DNA from: Chloroflexota bacterium
GTDB lineage: Bacteria > Chloroflexota > UBA11872 > VXOZ01
Length of the DNA stretch: 64,000 nucleotides
Direction: 5' to 3'
Assembly: GCA_965221905.1 (NCBI GenBank)
Contig: OZ244922.1
Coordinates: 264,232 to 328,231 of the forward strand
Made by a program: the position numbers and the translations under genes. Position 1 is the first letter of the stretch. Each line of letters begins with the position of its first letter. The notes beneath the pieces are model-generated. The model made no database searches. It saw nothing but the letters and a program-made list of their open reading frames with translations, and was not told where the DNA came from. This document shows positions 54,440-64,000 of the stretch, in pieces.

Positions 54440-55297
54440 TCAATCCTGAACAATCTTGGCGGCGCATCCTTGCTTACGGGCTTTGAGGACGATACCCACC
54501 GAGGAGGTTTCGCCGGTACGCGCCTTTGGCGGATCATCAAACGCAAAGAGCAGACTTCGTGCCCACCGAAGCAGGCGAGAGTCGCCTTGCTCTTGATCAA
54601 ACCGGTTGCACGAGGGCAAGAATCCTCGTTCGATGATGTTCTTGCCGATCCCATAGAGCAAGAAGTGGGCGAACGGCAGGCAGCGCGGGGTCGTGAACCA
54701 CAGGTTTTTGAGCGCAAATCCGGCAGCGCGCACACGGCCGGTTAGCTCTGCGGACGTATAGAGGCGCACGTGATCCGCCCAGATGCCGGCAAGCCACCAG
54801 ATGTGTGCCGGCACGTGCGTGCCGAAAACACGCTCTAACACCCAATTGAGCGGGTCCCACATGAATGGATACTGCCGGTTGGGGACCGAGATGAGTAGCA
54901 ACCCTCCATCGCGGAGCACGCGGTTCAGTTCCATGAGCACAGCACCGTCTTCGACGATGTGCTCCAGGACTTCGGAGCATACAATCGCGTCGAACTCGCC
55001 TGACGCAAAGGGGAGAGATTGAGCGTCTGCACGCGCGATCTGTACGGCCATGCCGCGTGTGTGCTCTGCGGCTGCGGTGAGGTAGTCACGGCTATAGTCC
55101 ACCACGACCACGGCTGCCTGGGGATAGAGTGCGGCAATTGCTCTGGCGTAGAACCCGCGACCGCAGCCCACGTCGAGAATGCGGCCGGCGCCGGCAGGCT
55201 GAACGTGGCGCAGGATCAGGGCGGCTCTTGCGGCAAACGCCGGATCGAGTTCATGCGCCAAGAGAGCGGCTATGTTGCTGTCAAATGTAGTATTCAA
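54440..55297 (-). CDS. Class I SAM-dependent methyltransferase
   Basis: Motif I ILDVGCGRGFYA, then FDAIVCSEVLEH and a GGLLLISVPN post-I/II pattern. Confidence 0.85.
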   Translation of the reverse strand: MNTTFDSNIAALLAHELDPAFAARAALILRHVQPAGAGRILDVGCGRGFYARAIAALYPQAAVVVVDYSRDYLTAAAEHTRGMAVQIARADAQSLPFASGEFDAIVCSEVLEHIVEDGAVLMELNRVLRDGGLLLISVPNRQYPFMWDPLNWVLERVFGTHVPAHIWWLAGIWADHVRLYTSAELTGRVRAAGFALKNLWFTTPRCLPFAHFLLYGIGKNIIERGFLPSCNRFDQEQGDSRLLRWARSLLFAFDDPPKARTGETSSVGIVLKARKQGCAAKIVQD

Positions 55298-55649
55298 GCT
55301 CTGCTAGCTTCAGACGGTGGCTTGCCAGTGACTGTTTTGGCATGAGCTATGCATCGAGTGAGCGATTGTCTGCAGCGAATGCGCTGAGTTCAAGCATAGA
55401 GTAGGTATCCGTCTTGCGGCATCCTTAGCTCCGGCTGGTTTACAGCGTAGCGTCGCGCCTACAATAGTAGTAGCAAACGTGCAGCCTGCCGGTAACAGTC
55501 TACCTTACGTCGTTCTTGATCTCTCCCTATGTTGCCGAACGCCAAACGAGCACGCGCACCCTGGCGTCGATTGACAACAATTCATGCCGTGAGTCGGTGC
55601 CGTTCCCTCTAGAACACGTTCTGGAAGATACGCACGTAGATAGAACACC

Positions 55650-56828
55650 ATGCGAATACTCTATCTCACAACCTACTATCTGCCGCACAGCAGCGGGATT
55701 ACCGCTTACATGCACCGCGTTGCGCGGGGGCTGGTTCAGCGCGGCCATGCGGTCACGGTGCTGACGTCCCGCCACAATCCCGCATTGAGTGAGGAAGAGT
55801 GGCTGGAGGGAGTTAAAATCATCCGTATGCCGGTACTTTTTTCCGTTAGCAAAGGGCCGGTGATGCCCGCGTTCTTCAGGGTGTTGCGTCAGTACCTAGA
55901 GGCACACGACGTTGTGCACGTGCACCTCCCCTTCTTTGAAGCAGCCTATGCGGCCATGATGAATCGTGGCCGCAGACCGCTGATTCTCACAGTGCATACC
56001 GACCTCCACTTGCCTGCAGGATTCGTAAATCGTCTGGCGGGCACGGCGGTTAATCTCATGCAGCGTTTTGCGGCGGGCCGCGCGGATTGGCTGTGTTCCT
56101 ATACCTGGGACTTTGCCCAACACTCCTACCTCCTGTCCGGATTCCTCGAAAGAGCGGTAGTCATTCACCCGCCGGTGGAAGTTGCCGCCGCGTCGCCCTC
56201 AGATGTGGCTACCTTCCGCAGGGAGCATGGCTTCGAGGGCGCGCTCATCGGGTTTGCGGGACGATTCGCCGAGCAGAAGGGGCTCCACGTGCTATTCGAT
56301 GCTTTGGATGCCATACAGCGCCGCATGCCTCACGTGCGCCTGGCGCTTGCGGGAGAATACCGCAACGTTGTTGGCGAGAACTACTATGCGCGGCTGCGCC
56401 CGCGACTAGACGCATTTGGGAATCACGCCGTGCTCCTCGGTCACCTGGAGGGGAAGGCGCTGGCGTGTTTCTATGCGGCGTGTGACGTCCTTGCGTTGCC
56501 GAGTATCAACCCAATGGAGTCGTTCGGCATCGTGCAAGTCGAATCCATGCTCTGCGGCACTCCCGTCGTTGCCTCTGACATCCCCGGCTGTCGTCAAGCG
56601 GTGCGCCTCACCGGCATGGGCCGTATTGTGCCGCCTGGTGATGGCGCTCTGCTGGCGGAGTCTCTACTTTCAGTGCTGGAAGATCCCACCCGGCATGCAA
56701 GATCCCGCGAAGAGATAACCCGGGTTTTCAACTACGAGCGTACCGTAGACTTACACGAGGAGCTCTATCGCACGAACCGGATCGTCCAAGATGATCGTGT
56801 TTTCGAGCTTGACGCCGCAGCCCCGTAG
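55650..56828 (+). CDS. Glycosyltransferase family 4 (GT-B fold)
   Basis: MRILYLTTYYLPHSSGI, C-terminal EQKG and ESFGIVQVESM (EX7E). Confidence 0.88.
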   Translation: MRILYLTTYYLPHSSGITAYMHRVARGLVQRGHAVTVLTSRHNPALSEEEWLEGVKIIRMPVLFSVSKGPVMPAFFRVLRQYLEAHDVVHVHLPFFEAAYAAMMNRGRRPLILTVHTDLHLPAGFVNRLAGTAVNLMQRFAAGRADWLCSYTWDFAQHSYLLSGFLERAVVIHPPVEVAAASPSDVATFRREHGFEGALIGFAGRFAEQKGLHVLFDALDAIQRRMPHVRLALAGEYRNVVGENYYARLRPRLDAFGNHAVLLGHLEGKALACFYAACDVLALPSINPMESFGIVQVESMLCGTPVVASDIPGCRQAVRLTGMGRIVPPGDGALLAESLLSVLEDPTRHARSREEITRVFNYERTVDLHEELYRTNRIVQDDRVFELDAAAP

Positions 56829-56852
56829 TTTACGCCGAGAGTCAATAGTGTA

Positions 56853-59800
56853 ATGAATCGCCCGGACACTTCAGAGGCAACGCCCAGGCGCGAGCGCCCT
56901 TCAGTTCGGACGCTGGCTCGATACGCATTTGCGTTGGGACTATACGTGGTCTGGCAGCACGGCGCGTGGCTGCTTCTCGCCTTGGCGTTGCTGGTGGGGG
57001 CATGGTTTCGGTTCACCGGCCTGGACTGGGATGCCGGCACGCACCTACACCCGGATGAACGCCACATCACCATCACGACGGCGCAAATCCAGTGGCCGGA
57101 ATCCATCGCGCAGTACTTCGACACGGAAACCTCACCGCTCAATCCCTACAACCAGGGCATCGGTTCATTCGTCTACGGCACGCTGCCAATGTTCGTCACG
57201 AAGGCCGCAGCCGGCATAGTGGACAAGGATGCCTACGACGGGATTCACCTCGTCGGCCGCTTCATAACGGCCCTGCTGGACACTCTTACTATACTGCTTG
57301 TCTTTCTCATAGCACGCCGACTCGGCGGGCTTTGGGCCGGTGCATTGGCCGCCGCGCTCTATGCGTGTGCTGTGCAAGCGATCCAGCAGGCGCACTTCTA
57401 CACCATGGATGCCTGGGTTACGTTTTTTGCTACGTTTGCGCTCTGGTGGGCACTCCGATGGCAGGAAGAAGGCCGCTGGTACAACCTTGCCGGCGTTAGC
57501 GTCATTGCCGGCATGGCTTTGGCAAGCAAGCTCGGCGTGGCGACGCTGGCAGTACCCATCGGAGTTGCATTCTTGCTGCGAGCCTGGCGGGAGACGCGAC
57601 CGCCGAGCCTGGCGATCACCTTGCGCCTGCTCGTGCGTCTTGCCGGCCACGCGCTTCTCGGAGGAGCGATTGTATATGCCGCCCTCCGCCTCTTCTTGCC
57701 GTATGTCTTTGCATCCGGGTCCATATGGGATCCACGGCTCAATCCCCGGTATACGCAGGACATCGAAACCCTGCGCTATCTGGCCGGGGGCACTGCGGAC
57801 TTTCCGCCGTCGTATAGCTGGTCTGCCACCAATTACGCGTTGTTTCCTATCGAACAGATGTTTCGCTGGGAGATGGGGTGGGCGCTAGCGACAATTGCGT
57901 GGCTGGGGCTGTTCTGGGGCCTCTGGCGCATCGTGCGGCACGGCAACCTGGTTTTCGTGCCTGTCGTAGTGTGGGTGATAGTGCATTTCGGGTACCAAGC
58001 GGCCCAATTCGCCAGGCCCGGTCGCTACTTCCTGCCAATCTACCCGGCTTTTGCCGTACTAGGCGGGGTGTTTCTGTGTTGGTTCGTTTACCAACTTTCC
58101 CAGGGGAATGTCCACGCCTGGCTGCGGCGCATTGGACAACAGTCACGTTATTCTGGCGGAAAGCCTGCCCCGTATCAAGTACGGAGCGGGAATAGACCTC
58201 GCTCACGCTGGCTGCCGTATGCCGGACTGGGCTTTGCAGCCGTCGTCCTGCTAGGCACGTTTGCATGGGCCTTGGCGTATTCGCGCATCTACGCCGAGCC
58301 GGTGGCGCGGGTGCGGGCTAGTGAATGGATATACCAGGAGGTACCGGCGGGCGCGGTGCTCGCGGAGGAACACTGGGATGATGCGCTTCCGCTGCGGCTT
58401 CCCGATCAAGACCGCGCTCCGGAGCGCTTCCAATACGTCCAACTCCCCGTTTTCGCCCCGGATACGCGCGAGAAACTGGAGCAGATGATACAGGGGCTGA
58501 TTCAGGCCGACTACATCGTCGTTAGCAGTAACCGTACCCACGGCGTCATTCGGCAGCTTCCCGCGCGCTATCCCATGACAGCGGAGTACTATCGTCACCT
58601 CTTTGCGGGCACACTCGGCTTCTCCCCCGTAAGGACGTTCACCCACTTCCCTCGCCTGTTCGGCTGGGAGATCGACGATAGCGCGGCGGAGGAGCAATTC
58701 ATCGTATTCGACCACCCCACGGTCCACTTATTCGTGAAGACCGATGGCTTTGATCCGGCACGTGTGCGCACAATGCTTGCGCCGCACCTCACGACGCTGC
58801 CCCAAGCGCTCACACCGGGGCAACTGACCTATAACGGACTCTTGCTTACCGCAGCGCAGCGCGAGGGTCTTAGAGAGGCCGGCACGTGGTCGGACTACTT
58901 CAACCGCAACAGCATCGTGAACGCCGTGCCGTGGCTTGTGTGGTGGCTGGCTATTCTGCTCCTGGGCTGGACAACGTGGCCGCTGCTGTGGCGCATTCTG
59001 CCCATGACTCCCGACCGCGGCTATCTGCTGGCGAAGAGTATCGGGCTACTCTTGCTCGCGTATATACCCTGGCTGTTGGGTAGCAGCGGCGTGCTCACGG
59101 CCGGCCGCGCCAGCACCTGGCTTGCCATCGCGCTAATTGGATTCGCAAGCGCCTGGATTCTCAGCCGCACGTGGCAGCGATTTGTGCATTTCTTGAAAGA
59201 GCAGCGGACGGAAATCATCATCGGCGAAGTAGTCTTTACCGGCGTCTTTGCATTCTTCCTCTGGGTGCGCCTGACAAATCCCGACCTCTGGCATCAATGG
59301 TATGGCGGCGAGAAGCCCATGGACTTCGCCCACATGAACGCTCTCGTCAAAGCTGGCGGGTACCCACCGTATGACCCGTGGTTTGTGGGCGGCTACGTCA
59401 ACTACTACTACATGGGGCACCAGGTGTTCAGCACGTTGATTCGCTGGCTCGGCATCGTGCCGTCGGTGGCCTACAATCTGGTGGTGCCGCTGGTGGCCGC
59501 CTTGCTCGCGGCGAATGTCTATACGTTCGGGAGTACGGTGTGGCGAAAAGCAAACCGCAATATGCGGCTTCTCGCGGGGCTTGGCGGTGTCGTCTTCGTT
59601 ACGCTCCTCGGCAACTTGGATGCCGCGATGCAATGGTTCTTGCGGCTAACGGCGAATGCGGCACCCGGCCGCTTGCCCGCCGGCGGCGCGTGGCTCGGGC
59701 AAACTTTGGGCAACATCCTGCGCGGTGAGCCGCCGCCCGGCTTCGACTACTGGCATAGCACGCGCCTGATCGAGGGCGCCATTCATGAATTCCCCTTCTT

Positions 59801-61232
59801 CAGCTTCTTGTACGGCGATCTGCACCCCCACGTGCTGGCGCTGCCGTTCACCATGGTATTGCCGGTGCTTGCCTTAACGTTTGTCTTGAGCTACCGCAAT
59901 AACGACGCTGACGAAACTCAAGCATCCGGAGCCGCCGTGCTCATGTGGCTGCGTCCGCTCCTGCGGTTTCCCACGTTGCCGCTCTTGCTTCTTGCCGGTT
60001 TTGTGCTGGGCTTTCTGCGCACCGCCAACACGTGGGACTACCCTACCTACGCCTTGCTCCTCGGCGGCGCGGTGGTGCTGGTCGAGCGCCGCGGCCTTTT
60101 CCGCCTGGAGATTCCGGCGTGGGTGCGCGTCGGCACGGCGGCTATCGGGCTCTTTCTTATCGGACGCATAGCCTTTGCCCCATACCTCGACCATTACCAG
60201 TCGTTCTTCCCCGGCGTGCACACTACCGACTTCCAGACTCCGCTTTGGCAGTATCTTGTAATTCACGGCGTGCTGCTCTTCTTTGTCGCGCTGTTCCTGC
60301 TGCGTGAGCTATTCCGCCGGCGCGCCGCGTTCGATATCCGGCTTGTGGGCATTTTGATCGTGCTGCAGATTGCGGTAGCCAGTATACTCTGGCAGCGGCC
60401 CATCGTGCTCTTGCTTCAGATCAGCCTCGTGCTGGCACTGCTGGTGGCGCTGTGTCCCCAAGCGAAGCGTCCCACCCGCCTGATGGCCGGCATGGTCGCA
60501 TTGGCGGCGCTGCTGGGAATCTTCCCCGAATTCCTCGCCATCGACGGGGACGTTGGACGCATGAACACCGTCTTCAAGTTCTATCTGCAGTCTTGGAACC
60601 TGCTGGCGTTAGTAGCCGCCGCGACCTTGCCGTTCCTCTGGCAGCAGACACACATGCGGCGTTTCATCCTGCCTTTCGGCGCGCTGCTCGTCCTGTTGGC
60701 GCTTATCTACCCCCTTTCGGCCATACCCAGCCGCGCCCAGCACCGGTTGGTGCCGGACCTCGTGACGCTGGATGGCGCGGCATTCATGAAAGAAGGCGTG
60801 ATTGTCGATCAGGACCGCGAAATCCCGCTCAAGTGGGACCTGGAGGCGATTCACTGGCTGCAGGACAATGTGGAGGGCACGCCCACGCTGCTGGAAGCGA
60901 CTATCCCGTACTTCCGGTGGGGCGCGCGCGTATCCATCCACACCGGCCTGCCCACGGTGCTGGGTTGGGACTCCCACGAGTGGCTCCAGCGCTGGGAGTA
61001 CCGCCCCATGATCGAACAGCGAAGAGCAGACGTCCAAACCATCTATGAGACCGCGGACTTCGACCTGGCCCTAAGGCTCCTACGGCAGTATGGCGTGGAC
61101 TACATTTATCTGGGGGACTTGGAACGCGTTTACTATCTGGGACCCGGCCTGGGGAAATTCGAGCTGATGGGCGACCTAGGGATCACACCCGTCTACCGCA
61201 ACGAACGGGTAACAATCTACCGAGTGAATTAG
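56853..61232 (+). CDS. Giant polytopic membrane protein: N-terminal GT-C (ArnT/PMT-like) module plus a Chlor_Arch_YYY / DUF2298 domain
   Basis: 1459 aa with dozens of TM helices. N-terminal GLDWDAGTHLHPDERHI and an ArnT-like loop. Second half has GGEKPMDFAHMNA and GGYVNYYYMGHQVF, i.e. the YYYxG motif that names TIGR03662. Confidence 0.8.
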   Translation: MNRPDTSEATPRRERPSVRTLARYAFALGLYVVWQHGAWLLLALALLVGAWFRFTGLDWDAGTHLHPDERHITITTAQIQWPESIAQYFDTETSPLNPYNQGIGSFVYGTLPMFVTKAAAGIVDKDAYDGIHLVGRFITALLDTLTILLVFLIARRLGGLWAGALAAALYACAVQAIQQAHFYTMDAWVTFFATFALWWALRWQEEGRWYNLAGVSVIAGMALASKLGVATLAVPIGVAFLLRAWRETRPPSLAITLRLLVRLAGHALLGGAIVYAALRLFLPYVFASGSIWDPRLNPRYTQDIETLRYLAGGTADFPPSYSWSATNYALFPIEQMFRWEMGWALATIAWLGLFWGLWRIVRHGNLVFVPVVVWVIVHFGYQAAQFARPGRYFLPIYPAFAVLGGVFLCWFVYQLSQGNVHAWLRRIGQQSRYSGGKPAPYQVRSGNRPRSRWLPYAGLGFAAVVLLGTFAWALAYSRIYAEPVARVRASEWIYQEVPAGAVLAEEHWDDALPLRLPDQDRAPERFQYVQLPVFAPDTREKLEQMIQGLIQADYIVVSSNRTHGVIRQLPARYPMTAEYYRHLFAGTLGFSPVRTFTHFPRLFGWEIDDSAAEEQFIVFDHPTVHLFVKTDGFDPARVRTMLAPHLTTLPQALTPGQLTYNGLLLTAAQREGLREAGTWSDYFNRNSIVNAVPWLVWWLAILLLGWTTWPLLWRILPMTPDRGYLLAKSIGLLLLAYIPWLLGSSGVLTAGRASTWLAIALIGFASAWILSRTWQRFVHFLKEQRTEIIIGEVVFTGVFAFFLWVRLTNPDLWHQWYGGEKPMDFAHMNALVKAGGYPPYDPWFVGGYVNYYYMGHQVFSTLIRWLGIVPSVAYNLVVPLVAALLAANVYTFGSTVWRKANRNMRLLAGLGGVVFVTLLGNLDAAMQWFLRLTANAAPGRLPAGGAWLGQTLGNILRGEPPPGFDYWHSTRLIEGAIHEFPFFSFLYGDLHPHVLALPFTMVLPVLALTFVLSYRNNDADETQASGAAVLMWLRPLLRFPTLPLLLLAGFVLGFLRTANTWDYPTYALLLGGAVVLVERRGLFRLEIPAWVRVGTAAIGLFLIGRIAFAPYLDHYQSFFPGVHTTDFQTPLWQYLVIHGVLLFFVALFLLRELFRRRAAFDIRLVGILIVLQIAVASILWQRPIVLLLQISLVLALLVALCPQAKRPTRLMAGMVALAALLGIFPEFLAIDGDVGRMNTVFKFYLQSWNLLALVAAATLPFLWQQTHMRRFILPFGALLVLLALIYPLSAIPSRAQHRLVPDLVTLDGAAFMKEGVIVDQDREIPLKWDLEAIHWLQDNVEGTPTLLEATIPYFRWGARVSIHTGLPTVLGWDSHEWLQRWEYRPMIEQRRADVQTIYETADFDLALRLLRQYGVDYIYLGDLERVYYLGPGLGKFELMGDLGITPVYRNERVTIYRVN

Positions 61233-61318
61233 AGGTAGGCGTGGCACGGCGGGTCACATAGAAAGTGCGCTGGTTTTTGTCCGTTGACCGCTAGAGACGT
61301 AGGCTCTATTTAGCCCCT

Positions 61319-61395
61319 CATTCCCTTGCAAGCTGAAATCCATCTGGTGTGCGCCAAAGCGACAAAAGTAGGGGCACGACATGTCGTGCCCCTAC
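61319..61395. repeat. Degenerate 'CATTCCC..GAAATCCATC' copy followed by the perfect palindrome GTAGGGGCACGACATGTCGTGCCCCTAC
   Basis: TCATTCCCTTGCAAGCTGAAATCCATCTGG (61319-) and the 28-nt palindrome at 61368-61395. Confidence 0.65.
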
Positions 61396-61486
61396 GTATT
61401 ATGCAGTGTGTACAACCTGACTGGCACGCTTCAAAACTTCCTGTGCTTGAAGCAGCCACCAGGTTGTTAGCTAAGTGACTACGGCA

Positions 61487-62410
61487 TTACGCCTGAGCGG
61501 CGACCATCTCCCGCAACCCGATCTTGGCAATTGCCGCGTGCACGGCGGCCTTGTCTTCCTGCGTAAGTTCGGCGAGCGGCGGGCGGACGGGGCCGCCGGC
61601 CAGGCCGATGGCCATCATCACCTCTTTCATCACGGTGACCTCGTAGCCGCGCACCTTGTAGCGGATGTTGTAGATCGGCAGGGTTTCGCGTTCGATTTTC
61701 TCCTGGAGTTCGCTGAACCGGCCCGCGCGCGCCAGTTCGAGTGCCTCGATTGCGGATTTTGGATTGTAGTTGGCATTGCTGGAGGTATAGCCCTCAGCGC
61801 CGGCGGCAAAGTAGGCGTGCAGCAGGTCGTCGCCAACCCCAGCGAGCCAGAGCAGCTTATCGCCCACGTGGGAGCGGATGCGCTGGAACATGCGCACGTC
61901 GCCCTGGCCGTCCTTGAAGGCCACGAGATTGGGAATATCCGCGAGACGGTCGACCAGCTCAGGGCTAAGTTTGGCTTGATCGCGCGCGTAGGGGAAGACG
62001 CCCAGGTTGGTGGAGTCCGCAATTGCCTTGTAATACTCGTAGAAGCCGTCATCGCTCGCCTGCCCGTAGTAGGGCGGCATAATGAGGAGGCCGTCCACGC
62101 CGGCGCTCTCGGCAAACTGCGCCATCTCCGCGCCCACCGCCGGACTGACGCCCACACCCGCCAGCATGAGACAGCGGCCGTCTGCCGCCTCGACGGTCGC
62201 GGCGACCACGTCCTGCCACTCGGTAAACGTCAGCGAGAAGAACTCACCGGTGCCGCCCGCCGCCAACACGGCCGGAGAACCTTCACGCGCCAGGAAGTCT
62301 ATGTTGCGGCGCAGGCCGTCGAGATCTAGGGAATAATCATCATTAAACGGGGTTACGGGAAACGGGATCACGGTGCGCAAGCGTTCGCGCAGTTCCACTG
62401 GACTCATCAC
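61487..62410 (-). CDS. DapA/DHDPS-family lyase, most like 5-dehydro-4-deoxyglucarate dehydratase (KdgD)
   Basis: FPVTPF, AAGGTGEFFSLT (KdgD-like rather than the DapA GTTGE motif), IMPPYY. Family call 0.85; specific KdgD call about 0.5. Confidence 0.7.
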   Translation of the reverse strand: MMSPVELRERLRTVIPFPVTPFNDDYSLDLDGLRRNIDFLAREGSPAVLAAGGTGEFFSLTFTEWQDVVAATVEAADGRCLMLAGVGVSPAVGAEMAQFAESAGVDGLLIMPPYYGQASDDGFYEYYKAIADSTNLGVFPYARDQAKLSPELVDRLADIPNLVAFKDGQGDVRMFQRIRSHVGDKLLWLAGVGDDLLHAYFAAGAEGYTSSNANYNPKSAIEALELARAGRFSELQEKIERETLPIYNIRYKVRGYEVTVMKEVMMAIGLAGGPVRPPLAELTQEDKAAVHAAIAKIGLREMVAAQA

Positions 62411-62653
62411 TGGTCAATGCTCCTTCTTTAGCTATGTGAGCGCTTTCATGCCGTTACAATCACAAGAATGCTACGTAATATCGTACCAATGCCCGCCGGC
62501 AAATACCACCTGTACCGAGTGCTTCCCTGCTTCTGTAAAGCGATGCAAAAAGACATGCACATCGGACGATTTCTCAGGTAGTCCTAAGTCTGAGCGCTTA
62601 TAATTAAGGGGGATCATGACATCAGGTAATGAGAGAAGCGTAAGGAGACAGGC

Positions 62654-63373
62654 ATGCGGAGATTCTTTGTACTCGTATTCGTAATTGCTCTAATACTCGG
62701 CTTGACGGCGTGCGGCGGGGACGAGCCGGAGGCGGAACCCACTGCAGCGCCGGCGGCGACCGAAGCCCCGGCAGCGACGGCGGAGCCAGCAGCAACTCAA
62801 GCACCGGAGCAAAAAGATAGCAGCACTCCAGCCAATGTTGTCTTCACCATCGATCCGGCGCGCTCCACCGCCCGCTACCTGATTCGCGAGCAACTCGCGA
62901 GTGTGACCTCGCCTAATGACGCCATCGGCGAGACCATGGACGTTACCGGCACAATCGCGCTGGATGGAGAAGGTAACGTGGTGAGCGAGGAATCGCAGAT
63001 CGTCGTCGGTCTGGCCGGTCTGACCAGCGACTCGTCGAGGCGCGACAGCTATGTCAAGCGAAATACCCTGCAGACGGACCAGTATCCCAATGCTACGTTC
63101 GTGTTGAAAGAGATTCGGGGGCTGCCCTGGCCGCTGCCGACGTCCGGCGAAGTGACGGTGCAGATGGTGGGCGACTTCACGATCCAAGAGCAGACCAGCG
63201 AGGTGATCTGGGAGACGGTCATTCAGGTCGGAGCCGGCGAGTCAACTGGCACCGCCAAGACGATGATTACCTTCGAGCAGTTCGGGCTGACCAAGCCCCG
63301 CGTGGCCGTGGTGGTGAGCGTGACCGATGAGATTCGTCTGGAGATTGACTTCACCGTCGTGCGAGAGAAATAG
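62654..63373 (+). CDS. YceI-like domain lipoprotein
   Basis: Lipobox LILGLTACGG, an Ala/Pro/Glu linker, then FTIDPARSTARYLIRE... typical of a YceI beta-barrel. Confidence 0.75.
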   Translation: MRRFFVLVFVIALILGLTACGGDEPEAEPTAAPAATEAPAATAEPAATQAPEQKDSSTPANVVFTIDPARSTARYLIREQLASVTSPNDAIGETMDVTGTIALDGEGNVVSEESQIVVGLAGLTSDSSRRDSYVKRNTLQTDQYPNATFVLKEIRGLPWPLPTSGEVTVQMVGDFTIQEQTSEVIWETVIQVGAGESTGTAKTMITFEQFGLTKPRVAVVVSVTDEIRLEIDFTVVREK

Positions 63374-63436
63374 ATGTCTACCGCTGGGGTGCGCCCGAAT
63401 GACCAGGTTCAGTCGTAGAAAGTGTCTGTCCTGAGA

Positions 63437-63466
63437 GCAAGGGGCGCGGTATACCGCGCCCCTTGC
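63437..63466 (+). terminator. Perfect 30-nt palindromic hairpin after the YceI-like gene
   Basis: GCAAGGGGCGCGGTATACCGCGCCCCTTGC followed by CATTAGAT (weak U-tract). Confidence 0.35.
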
Positions 63467-63622
63467 CATTAGATATGTCTACGAAGAGATCTTGATGTGC
63501 CGCACACAAATGAGCATCAACATTGAGATCGCTCGCGCTACGCTAACGTCTACGCTATCCCACTTCATTTAAGGAATTTGCGATCCTTATCTGTCATGCA
63601 GCTATACTCTATAATCGAAAGC

Positions 63623-63838
63623 ATGACTGGCAGGGAGTTCATCGAGAAGGTGTCCGAAATTGGGCGCAAGAATGGTAAACGTGTGCGAATTGACGCCAAG
63701 CGAGGCAAAGGTAGTCACATCACTCTCTATTACGGAAGTCAGAAGACCGTGATGAAAGATCGCCGCAAAGAAATCGGTGCAGGCTTGCTATCCAGTATGA
63801 TTCGCCAATTGGGGCTTAGACGGGAAGACTTTCAATAG
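63623..63838 (+). CDS. hicA: HicA-family mRNA interferase toxin
   Basis: MTGREFIEKVSEIGRKNGKRVRIDAKRGKGSHITLYYG (the GSH motif). Precedes a HicB-like ORF. Confidence 0.8.
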   Translation: MTGREFIEKVSEIGRKNGKRVRIDAKRGKGSHITLYYGSQKTVMKDRRKEIGAGLLSSMIRQLGLRREDFQ

Positions 63839-63856
63839 GGAGGAAGGGAAAACTAC

Positions 63857-64000
63857 ATGAGGTTTATCTATCCCGCACTCCTGCAACGTGTAAGCGAGGA
63901 CGAGATTGTTGTCTCTTTCCGTGATTTACCGGAATGTCGGACAGCCGGTAGTGACGAAGCCGAGGCGTTCGTTGAGGCCCAAGATGCGCTTGCTGAAGCG
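63857..64000 (+). CDS. hicB: HicB-family antitoxin (N-terminal part; runs off the right edge)
   Basis: My own translation gives MRFIYPALLQRVSEDEIVVSFRDLPECRTAGSDEAEAFVEAQDALAEA, the typical HicB N-terminal domain. Confidence 0.75.
   Translation, partial: MRFIYPALLQRVSEDEIVVSFRDLPECRTAGSDEAEAFVEAQDALAEA

Noticed and set aside
6225-61395. Whether the recurring palindromes constitute a CRISPR array
   Set aside because: The copies are dispersed over tens of kb, belong to several unrelated families, are not spaced regularly with unique spacers, and no cas genes are present.

Overview
High-GC bacterial chromosomal window, most likely Chloroflexota. That placement is an inference from the 1459-aa Chlor_Arch_YYY/DUF2298 membrane protein and from GC-rich palindromic intergenic repeats. 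About 60 genes are supportable.

Main blocks:
- Cell-wall/division block (1-4692): PBP1A, M23 peptidase, ftsE-like, ftsX, ftsE.
- Conserved block on the minus strand: tRNA-Thr, tuf, rpmG, secE, nusG, rplK, rplA.
- murE, nadA and marR.
- Mosaic catabolic stretch (25-36 kb): HpcH aldolase, an orphan solute-binding protein, an esterase, two tandem PhyH dioxygenases, GH32, oxidoreductases.
- Two visibly lower-GC accessory islands (36.4-41.3 kb and 44.1-47.7 kb).
- recF and a DUF721/DciA-like gene.
- vapBC and hicAB toxin-antitoxin pairs.
- An envelope glycosylation cluster: SAM-methyltransferase, GT4, giant GT-C/YYY protein.

I found no rRNA, CRISPR array, transposase or integrase.

No demonstrably novel multi-gene system can be proven from sequence alone. 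The best candidates are:
1. A low-GC island encoding a UDG-fold-like protein plus a DUF2806 protein.
2. A duplicated 3' end of a CocE/NonD hydrolase gene bracketing an ABC-2 exporter operon.
3. A 3.6-kb insertion splitting recF from the DUF721 gene, carrying a secreted protein with a tandem HExxH-like duplication.
4. The two-FtsE/FtsX/active-M23 module.
5. The MTase/GT4/YYY cluster.
6. Several dispersed palindromic repeat families, including one 348-bp MITE-like unit.

All GC and identity statements are by eye, not computed.
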